Below are positions 1-21,300 of a stretch of DNA of 64,000 bases, piece after piece. Source of the stretch: Tubiluchus corallicola. Taxonomy: Eukaryota; Animalia; Priapulida. Location of the stretch: contig JAQGDQ010000022.1 of NCBI GenBank assembly GCA_030141605.1, positions 310,001 through 374,000 on the forward strand. The letters run 5' to 3'. The translations under genes were made by a program, and so were the position numbers. The notes under the pieces were generated by a model, which saw nothing but the letters and a program-made list of their open reading frames with translations, did no database searches and was not told the DNA's origin. The number at the start of each line of letters is the position of its first letter. The first letter of the stretch is position 1.

Positions 1-139
1 AACAAGATACTCGTGATGAGACCATGACCTGACTCATTATCATAACTGTGCTTCTAAGATAAGTCCTGAACAAGCAAAGATATCTCAACCACAATCAGTC
101 ATTGTCAAAATAAATAGGTTTCAAACATCCACTGCATAA

Positions 140-430
140 AAGTTCACCTGGCAAGTGTCCGTTGTGAAAGGTATTCAATACTTAACTGTTTAATGTTCAA
201 GTTTCAAAACACAACTTTTCACTGTTTATTAAGTCAAGTGTTCGTTGTTCAAGTATAGACTGCACAAGCGTTCACTACACACAAGAGCTTAAGCAATCAC
301 TCCTTCAGTATATACTGCCCAAGTGTTCACTGCTTGAAGTCTTTCTCTCCACATATGCAATATTCAAGTGTTCAGTTATCAAGTGTTCACTGTTCAAGGG
401 TCCTACTCATGTGATCACTGCTCAAGATCA
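140..430. repeat. Degenerate ~15-bp minisatellite (consensus approx. CAAGTGTTCACTGTT)
   Basis: Recurrent caagtgttcact/caagtgttcgtt/caagcgttcact variants at roughly 15-bp periodicity. Confidence 0.6.
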
Positions 431-1688
431 TATGCATAACAATACTTGGCCTTCACTTTGTTCTGTGTGTTATTTGAGTTAAATTTTTTTCATTCTTGGT
501 GGACTGGTTTAACAAGGTTAACAGTGGACAAGTTTTGCTCGGGGCGCGGTCCTGTAACTCCCTAACTGACGACACAAGTTTATTGCAGTTTTGTTAACGG
601 GTTATCGCCAAATTTAGGTGGTGGTGAGAATTCCAATTCAATGCAACTTGGTGCAAGGTAAGAGAAGATCGTTACAAGAGATTTCGCTGAATAATAAATT
701 TGTCAAGCGGGATCCAGTAGAATTTCATCAGCTGTGAGTGTTTTGCTTTTCGTTGTTTAATTTGATTAACAAAATTTTGTATTTTAAAAATTATAAGTGC
801 ACAATAATGAGCTCATGACTATCAAATTCTACAACTGTCAAATGACATCACAACACTTTTATTTGCAAAGTATGTTTTTATAATCAGCAGTACAAATTAT
901 TTACCTGTTTTCAGAATTCTATAATGTAGTATAATGCAGTTTAGAGACTAAGTAAATTATGAGTATGGTATCTTTTGTGTAGTCTTGCATAAATAAACAT
1001 ATTATTGAAGCATTAGGGAATATTGTTGTTGTAATTTTCTTATGCCTCGGAAGACCATTTAAAATTAATACCTATATTTCAAATGTCAGGCGCTCGGTAG
1101 GGTTTTTACCTATTTTTACTCTTTATTAGGTAACGAAGTGTTAAATTCGACTTTTGTGCAATACTGTCAATTAGGTAGTTTTTGGATACTAGTAAGAGGG
1201 GTTGAAAGAGGCGGAAATAGGGGTGAGAAAGTAAGGAAACGATTTTCGTGTATTACTGTGAATTAGGTAAAAATGGATTTCAGTTGAAAATAGGGGAGGA
1301 ATTACGTGAAAAAGTGGAGGGAAGGAAATAAGAGAGACGGGGGACGTTAACATCATAGTCTACGTGGCGATTTCTTCCTGTTTCTGCTTTTACAGAGAAC
1401 GCACAGTTTGTCGGAAATAAATGCCATAAATAAACAAAGAAAAATAAACTAAAGCGTTGTAAACGAAAATACGGCGCAACAGTTAGCTTGTTAGTTCCGT
1501 TCCTTACCTGGTTAAAGTCTATTGTAGGAATACTGTCACTGTACTACCTGAATAATTTCCAGCCTTTTTCCAAGTTTATCTTAGTGTCGTACAGCCTAAT
1601 CAAAATTTGTACGTGTTACTTTACCCTAGTTCTACCACATAGAACAGATTTGTTTGCCATAAAAATGCCCTCCATATTTAATACTGCC

Positions 1689-1710
1689 CTCTATCTATCT
1701 ATCTTTTTCA

Positions 1711-1771
<61 letters not shown>

Positions 1772-1780
1772 TTTCACTCT
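1689..1780. repeat. (CT)n/(CTAT)n microsatellite
   Basis: Directly visible. Confidence 0.9.
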
Positions 1781-2078
1781 CCTTCGTAAATATAGGTAGG
1801 CAGGTTCTTAATTTTGCAGGTGCAGGCTGCAAAGAAATAGGCATAAGCAGAACAGGTTGATAGATGCGTGAACAGTATATAGAAAAGTAGGAAAAGTAAG
1901 TATGCATTTAGCTAGGAAGTAGGTAAATAGAGAGGAGAATGGGTGGTAAAATAGGTAGTCGGCAGGCAGGCAGCTAAACACACAGATAGGTACAACATAA
2001 ATTGATAAGGAGGTCAGTGAATAACCTTAGGATAGCCACAACTGTATGAATGCATTAATTTATTCAGTCTTTTTCTAG

Positions 2079-3611
2079 ATGAAACTTATCAATTCACTGC
2101 TCTTCGTTGTCCTTTGTTTTGTTTACGCCAATGCCGCGACATGGATGGATCCATCAGGCAAGTTATCTACAAGTATTCTCAAAAGCGGTTGCTCTAGTGG
2201 TGGAATAAACTAAGCTAACAAAAACAAATAATTAAAACTCGGCGTAGTTTGCCATTAGACACATTTTTTACAATCATTTAGTTCCCTTCTTCGTTGTCAG
2301 CATGATAACGCATATTTTGCAGGCTGCGACAATGAGGGTCAAGAGATGGAAATTAGAGACAAGTGGTATCCTTCTGGTCAATGTGCAGTGTGTGAATGCA
2401 TAATGATGCGTGGAAACTCAAAGGGAACTTCTTGTCACAGGTAGAAAGATTCGCCTCTAATGCAGGAACTTTACGCGCAGTTTTATTACCAATTAACCAA
2501 ATATAAGTGAAGCGACAGCAGTACGTCGCTGACAACAGCAACAAAGAAGACGGTAACGATGGCCATGAAGAAGGCTACGGGCGTGTTTCGGCATAATCCG
2601 GTCCATGGAATCACACTTGCAATCACCCTGCTGGAAGAGAGAGGTAGTGGTAGTGATAGAGGTATAAGTAGCGACAATAGCAACGGTAACAGTAGAGGTG
2701 AGGTGGTAGTAGTAACGGCAGTGGTAGTGGTAATGCAAGTCGGATTGTGGCTCAGAAAAAGAATATTAGCTGCTGTTATTTAGACTTTTTAATAGCCGTA
2801 TATTAACTCATAGAGCTATGTGTAGACTATTCCATTAACACTGTTTTACATTACAGTTGTGGAGTTGTGCACGTATGGAAAAAAGGCTGCTACGTTGCGT
2901 CATTTCCTGCGCGACATCCGGATTGTTGTCCTCAGGACGTGTGTAGGGGGGATTCAGACAAGTTTAATTCACAAGATTATACGAAGTAAGTACCAAGTAT
3001 GCATGCATAATATACGTGCCTGCTAGCAGAACCTACTAGCACTGTTTTTGGTTATTTTTTCTTTTTTTTCTTTTTTGTGTCTTCACTGAACAATCAAAAT
3101 AGCAAAGTTACACCGTTTTTGTTGAGTCAAGTTTTCAACTTAATTGTTGACAGTGAAACTGAATGTGAAATTATTGGATTACTGTTTTATTACAAATGAC
3201 TTCCTTATCAACATTTCCCACAAAAGCATAGCAAGCAAGAAGAGAAACGTTAGCAGATTTTTGACAAACTTGTACAAGTGAAAGTATTATTCCTAAGCTA
3301 CAGTTTTCCACAAACCAGGATTTCCGCAAATGATGCTTCTATCTCTGTTTTTTCCAAGGTATTTGGAAGACAAGGCAACTAGGCAACCTTATTCGATTGA
3401 CAAGACAAAAGAGGAAGTCCAAATGTTAATCAAGAAGGCTAAAGCTGGCAGGAGGGATGGTTACACTGCTCGTCTGGAAGCCGCATTTTTTGGTGGTGGT
3501 GACGAAGCCGCACATCCAACAGGAACAGCGTCAGTATCTCAATGTATTGGATGGATGGTTTACGCATGCGCCATTTTTGTTTGTTCTTGGCAAAACTTGT
3601 TTGTCTTTTAA
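2079..3611 (+). CDS. Secreted/GPI-anchored protein with a single VWC (SVWC/La1-like) cysteine domain; 4 exons, 192 aa
   Basis: Exons 2079-2157, 2323-2440, 2857-2985, 3359-3611 (579 nt, phases 1/2/2 consistent; intron 1 is GC-AG). Signal peptide MKLINSLLFVVLCFVYANA. Domain CDNEGQEMEIRDKWYPSGQCAVCECIMMRGNSKGTSCHSCGVVHVWKKGCYVASFPARHPDCCPQDVC has 10 Cys and ends in the SVWC-like P-x-CCP-x3-C motif. Hydrophobic C-terminus TGTASVSQCIGWMVYACAIFVCSWQNLFVF. AATAAA at about 3690. Confidence 0.8.
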
Positions 3612-3774
3612 TCTGTAATAACCGAGTCGGCATTAGTTAACGCATTAACCAATTATAATCTTAAATTCAAAATTAACAGTTAATGGTGAAATAAACTGAC
3701 AATTACTATTTATCAAAGAGCAGATAATGAATTATTAGAATTGAATCAAGAGCTGTCCAGATCACAAAGATTTG

Positions 3775-3835
3775 TTGGTGTAGCGGGCTTTGCATGAGCT
3801 TGCTATCCAAATATGTCTGGTTCAAATCCAACTTT
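3775..3835 (+). mobile_element. Degenerate tRNA-derived SINE head or tRNA pseudogene fragment
   Basis: A-box-like TGGTGTAGCGG (about 3776) and B-box GGTTCAAATCC (3819-3829) at tRNA spacing; acceptor and anticodon stems not intact. Confidence 0.5.
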
Positions 3836-4790
3836 TGGTCAACATTAGTTTCAAACGTTTTAACTGTTAGTTCGTTACATCATCTCACAATATACTTATT
3901 CAAATAATTGCCGAATGCTCTAAAATAGCTCTTATCTTCTGGAATTTTGTCTGAGCAAATGCGACACCACAAAACACAGTGACACGATGATTGGGGGGGG
4001 GGGGGCATTCTTTAAACACAACTACACATTTCAGTGCTTACGCGAAAAACATTCAGACAATCGGAGCCGCATGTTTTATCTTGATTTTGCCTGACTAAAC
4101 AAAAACCTTTTCCAAATATTGCTTTTCTAAATATTAAATAAATCACTCAATATAACTGGAACGAATTGTTGAAAAAGGAGCAAAGAAAAAATGAATTATG
4201 TAGTGCCACAATGATTATTACATAAACTAAACAAACATAACTTTTTCATAACTATAACCAACTGCTCACTAATTACAAAGCTAACTCGCAAAATCTTAAT
4301 CAATTCTTCTCTAATATTTTTTGTTTCATCCATATCTCTGAGTATCGCGAAGGGTTATCAAAACAAGGGATGTCTCCAACGTATCGATGTTGATGGCCTT
4401 AAACTAGGCCTGCAAACAAAAAAAGAGTTTGTACAGCATTAAGCAAGCAAATATATTTATTAATAAAGATAAAATCAACGCTATCTTTCATATTTCATAA
4501 ACACATTGTATCAAAACTTTAAAGAAATGACGCATGAACAAGAAACTAAATAGGCCCATGACCTCTGACAAAGCAAGTTCATCAGCAGAGCACGTATTAT
4601 TAACAAAATATTTGTTTTCAAAAAGATATTTTTCTGATAAGAAATTCCTATATAAGAAACTACCGTTTTCAAGTTTATTTATTTGTTACAGACACTGCTA
4701 CTTAACTTTACGTTGCCGCTAGAAATATCCTGAAGAACTTATTATACATAGGCTTATTATATTAGCACATATTTGTAATTCTTTTCAAAA

Positions 4791-15458
<10,668 letters not shown>

Positions 15459-16947
15459 TATTATTCCTTAAGAACTGATTAATAAATCCAAAGAAGAAGG
15501 TGAAAACTGAGATCTGTAAAGCCATTGCCCACAATGATTCAATAATATGCCTCATGCCTGCACTATATCGCTGGTGTTCTTAGTTGTTTTTCCTAAGTTT
15601 AATATACTTCGAACATTTATTACGTCGGTATTGCTTGTGCGTTTCTAAGTCTGACAACTACCTGAAGCACAAAATCTAACTATTGCTTAATTCTATGTTT
15701 TGAAAAACGATTTTTAGATCCACTTACCTCCTTGGCAAAATTAAAAAAATACTACTAATTTTCTAACGTATTCACCTCCCTTTTATTTCTAAATCCTAAA
15801 AAAGTTAGTTAACTAATTAAAAAAATACCTTAAACAAAAAAAATGAGTTGAAATTACTCCTCAGACATCTTTGGATCCATTAACTAAATCAAACCTGAAA
15901 GATACTTTAACAGTGTAATGAGTGCGAACCAAATAATCAAAGTACCTGCTAATATGGTTTCACGAATAGTATCCCTAATGCGAAAATAACGTATCTATTT
16001 TAAATTTTTTCTCAAGATTGCACAGTGAATAATAGGCCTAGTGATAAAAAATATGTATTTATAGCACTTCATGAATAGTAGCTTTAAGTGTTTGTGAAAC
16101 TACTTTGTTAATTGCATAATTAATGTAGTCTGGAATTACGTTTATTTACTTTTGCCATAAGTGTAATTTATCTGTGTTTTTATCTTAAATGTAATTTTAC
16201 TTTTAATCTAAAAACACTATTGCTAGCAACAGTTTCATATACTGATTGTAATATCGTTTTTTAGCTACATATGGAATATGTAGCTTACCATTCTTAAAGT
16301 ATAATTTCAAAGTAATAAAGAATTTTACAATAATAATAATAATAATAATTGCGATAATTGGTGTAATAAACTACGATTATTATAGGTCTAGTTATTGCCT
16401 GTAAAGCTGCTTCGTTATCAGTCATATGCACCGTAACTTTTTAGCAACTTCTAAACATAGTTTATATTATAATCGATAGTGTCTGTATAAATAAGTGATA
16501 TATTGTAGAAAACATTGTATATTGACAAAAGTAGTGGTTTCAGCAGTGTTTGTACGAAAAATAAATCTTTTGATTTTTTTTAAAAAGACAACTACCTTTT
16601 TTAACTAAACGTAACCACGCAAGTATCCACTAAGCCTACACATGTTCACATTTGAATGGTCTGATCACCGTTGTGGGACAATTGCGCAGAATACTATGTG
16701 CACTTAATATGCTATATACCATAATAACATTATAGTTTATTTTGTCTTAAATTTTGCTTCCCTAAATGGGAAAAATGCTATGAACAAATTCTAAGATTCA
16801 CTTGCAAAGACTGATTCTCTAAATAAGTCATCTGATGTCATAACACCGTTTATTAATCTCTGTTGTCAAGAAAACGTAGCACAAGTTACAAAGCCTTTTG
16901 ATAAAACTAATATTTCCCTTACCACAAAGACGAATTGCAACAGCAGT

Positions 16948-18337
16948 TCATGGTTTCACATTTTTTCTCGTTTTCAACGTTGTCCGGAACCTCTGATACA
17001 CCCTCATTGCATATCTCTTCTCTGCTTTACTGTTGCTGAGCTTTTTACTCTCACAATCTTCGTTCTCTTTATCTGCTGTTACTATCACACCTGGCAAAGT
17101 TTGACTGCTCACAAGAGGTTCTAGAAACACATTTGATGAAATTGTACCCAGCGCTGGTCTTGATACATAGTTTGGCTGGATGGGAGTACTGCTGAGACGC
17201 ACGTATGTGCCGAAGGAATTCTGAAAAAATGAAAATCTTTAACATTTTATCAAAAAGTGTTATTTAAGCAATATATATTTTAATGTCCAAATCTGTCATT
17301 TGGTCGGGTATAAGGCGAGGTCGAGTGTACTTAAGGACTGATACTTTGATTCTCACTCTGCTGTTTCATTCGCTGTAGTGAATGTAGCTGTATCTCATAC
17401 TGGGGGAATGGCATGATGATGGTTTGGATGAAAAAGTGTAGGTTTCATACTAGGCTGCACCAAGTCAATCTCAAAATATAAACAGTTTTTTAATTCATTT
17501 GTTTTTTCATGCTATTAATAAAATTACATCTCTGCTTCTGTAAGAAAGCCACACCTGTAAGATGATGATGATGATGATGGTGATGGTGATGGTCATGGTC
17601 ATGGTGATGGTGATGGTGATGGTGGTGGTGGTGAAAACATCAATGGTTTAGCTTGCAAATAAACTATCGTTAATCACCTTGACAGATTCTGGAGTTGTCT
17701 TGTGACTGGATACTGAAAATTTCTGTAGCTTTTTTTTGCTTGTTCTTCCGTGATTATCTAAATAAAGATGAAACAAATATTGGTTCTTTAGGAAAGTATT
17801 TCAGTTCAGTTTAGGAAGCCAACAATTTATATCTCAAAACAAGCAACTTTACACATCCGCTTTCTTAAACGAGGAAGCTGTAACGGGGTATACCTGGACT
17901 AAGGAAAGATGCTGAAAGCTGCTGAGCATCACGGTTTAGCGCCTCTTTTACTGTATCTAAACCTCGTGGAAATTCTCGCATTGTTGTTGGATCCGCAACT
18001 CTTCTCTTCAACTGCAATGTGTTAAATTTCTCTTCGTCTTGCTGTGTGTTGTTTTCATGTATTTTGTCCAATTTAGTTGACTCTACGACAAATTCAAATT
18101 GTCTGCTGTTGCTGAAACCTTGCCGGATTGTTTTCAAACATACGTCAAGGATGGTTTGATCTTCAAGAAAGATGTACAATCAAAAGAAAGAAAATTCAAA
18201 TTTAAAAGAATATGCAACATTATTATTATGCTATAAACCAATCAACATCTTTATCATAATCTTAAATCACGACCTTTGATACTTTATTTCATTATAAATG
18301 CGTTACTTTTATGATTATGATGGTGGTGAAGCTACTA

Positions 18338-18368
<31 letters not shown>

Positions 18369-21300
18369 CTGCTGCGGCGGTTGTTGTCGTTGTTGTAGCA
18401 ACAGTAGTAGCAGCAGCAGAAAGTATAAATTGTTGTCACGAATATATGTGCATGACAAAAATTTCCTAAAAAGAGTCACTACCTTCTGCTGAAGCTGAAA
18501 CTAAGGTTTTTAAATGACTCTTCCGTCTTTTCGCTAGTTCAGCCGTATGCCTCCTTTGGGAAATATCCTGAAACAATACGCTATGCTTAAATACAAAATG
18601 TCAACCCTTAATTACAAACCGATTATCTTCTTAAAATAATTACATGCTTTAGTTTTTCACAGTTTGCCACTGCAACTTGTCACTAAATTACCTCTAATTA
18701 GGTAAACATTTCTTTATTAAAATTAGTATAAATCTATACAAGTGTATCAAAATGACAGTGCAACAAACCCACGAATGATCACATGGAGTAATCGAAAATT
18801 CCTTCCTTGGTTTTGCTGGTATACACTTTTGGACACTTTAAGATCTGTACTTCTAGTGGTTCAGCTTTTAAGACTAGATATTGTCATTGGTCTTACATCA
18901 TTAAAAAGATATGTTCAACATGAAGCTGGAGAAAAGCAATCACCACCTCTTAATTAAACTTTTATTACCTGTTGCACACTCTGCAGTTGCTGAAAGAAGG
19001 CTGCTATTGCTCTCAAAGTCTCTGAACAACTAGTAGTCGATTCTCCTAGATATTCATTCACATGAGCAAGAATTTTACTCATTTTTTCAATACTGTTACC
19101 CAGATCATCTAATGATTTTTCAGTTTCCTGAAATGACAAAATTAACTTGCGTAATATTCACTAGTTTGACTGATATCAACGTTGAGTATTTATGGACACT
19201 GATTTTTGTTAAATGAGAGTATTTTTTACCTGAATTACACTGGCAATGCACTGAGAGAAATTGCTGATAAGAGATTGTGCTTGCACAGTGATAATGATTT
19301 CTTTTATTTGGTAGAATTTCTCCTTGCATTCTTCAAATGAATACCTAGATTACGTAAAGAATATGGCACTGAATGATGAGCACTGAAAAATAATAATTTT
19401 CCAAAGTAGCGGATAACTCGGTGATGATCAAAGATTGAACTAATGGTTCCAGATTGCAAAAGCATCAATGGTAAAAAATGTTTACCTTTCGACTTTTTTC
19501 CAATATTTCACAATTTAAGTAAACACTTGTAGCAAAGTAATGTTTTATAGCAAGACAGAAAGTACGTAATCCAAGAATCTGTTGGCGATTACAAACAAAA
19601 TAATGATTTTCTTGGGAAACAGTGGTACCTTTTACTTCTTACTGACATTGACATTGATATACATTGACATATATAGGATTATTTCCAAAAGAGTCACTAG
19701 ACTAACAAATGCTACAACCATACCAATGTTACACCATACAAAACCCAGTAAGTATGGTCGCTTATCAATATATAAGTGGCGTACACTTCCTGCAGTTATT
19801 ATATTATTGTAGGATAACCATGTGACTTAACACTCAATCATATTTCTTTATCAGCACATTTCAGGATAACATTATATTTATATTGCACTGTTTCTTTTGA
19901 AACACCCTGTACATAATTTTAAAGAAACTATTTTTTCCTTACTTTGAAGCACTATTTAAATACTTGGCGTCTCTCAAAATTGCAACAATTAGATCTGGCC
20001 ACTCTGCAACTAAGTGATGCAAAAGGGATCCCTCCATTGAAGAAGAAACTCTTGACAATTGTAGGAGAGAAGATGGTGCAAAACCTCCAGCATTTTCCAA
20101 CGATGTTCCCTAAACAAATTCAGTACAATGAAGAGTAGCCCAAGTCAGCTGTACGAATAAGAGGTTATAGAGAACAGAGATAATGAACATTTCTGAGAAG
20201 ACGGAAACAGTAATAGTAAAGAACATTGGAAAAGTTCACCAAACCAAAAGCTAAGCCGCTAATGCAAGTGAAACGGAACAACCTACTGATAACAAGAAAG
20301 CACCTGAGCAGTATGTTAAGTAATCAGAAAAGTAAAAAAATTAACAGTGGTTAGAAAGTACCAAGGTAATACCATAGATTGTAAAGACATGAAGAAGCCA
20401 CTAGTTTTCACAAGCGCAAAAAGAAGCCACTAATTAAGAACTACCTAAACAACATTAGCACTTATGAGAATTGAAAAAACACTAATAGTTAGGCAGCCAG
20501 CATTACTAAGAAGCCAATAATAATTATGAAGTGGTTAAATATGTTAAATATAACGTAAGTGCCTGAAAGGGCTGAAGAACTGTGGGTAGCAATGACGCAT
20601 TCATTCTAAAACTAGTTTTACGAAATAATTTTAAGTTTTGTTCCTTATTTTGCAGCCTTCATCGTTATTGGGCCGAAATCCTCTTACCCAGTTCAGGAAG
20701 TTTCCAGCTTGCAGAACAACTAGCAGGAATTTGTGAAACTCTTCGTTATTCCCGGCTACTTCCAAAGTCGCATGTGCAGCGCTGACATACGAACTAAGCT
20801 GGCTGATTTCTTGCTGAATTTCGGCAAGTTTTAGCAGCGTTTTTAATTGCTGTGGCAAATGTGGCACTTGTTGCAGACCATATAGTAATTTTTCCACATC
20901 ATTTTCTGTAGGCAGACTTGAAGATGTCAAGATAAGCTCTTGTTCCTGAAACATATAGGAAACGCGGTTTATAAAACGGAAAAAAATTCAAGAGAAAAAA
21001 CGTGAGTTTTGGGAATAAACCTCGTGTTACAAAAACAAATACGTTACTTTGTCTCCGGCGTAACTCATGTAACTCATGTAACAGAATAATTACTACAGAC
21101 TTTGCTATTTACTTAGTTTGTAGTTATAGCGGTTGTTATTAGGAAGTTTCTGATCTGTAAAGAATCTCTCGGGTGAAGGGAAAACTCTTCCTACAATTTC
21201 TGTGAGTATGTGTGTATTATCTGTGATTGTAAATCATGATACTCAGATTAAGACATCTGCATACCTGCAAGTCTAAAGCAATGTTTAGCAGTAATTTTAG

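Noticed and set aside
17562-17640. CCA/CAT-rich tract on the formin strand as a possible displaced FH1 or poly-His exon
   Set aside because: It lies downstream of the FH2/DAD in the last intron, the Pro frame hits a TGA after SPPPPSPSPSP, and it has no convincing flanking splice sites.
18298-18492. Poly-Cys ORF resembling a metallothionein or minicollagen piece
   Set aside because: It is a (GCT)n/(GTT)/(GCA)n SSR inside a formin intron, running antisense into the next exon, with no splice or signal context.
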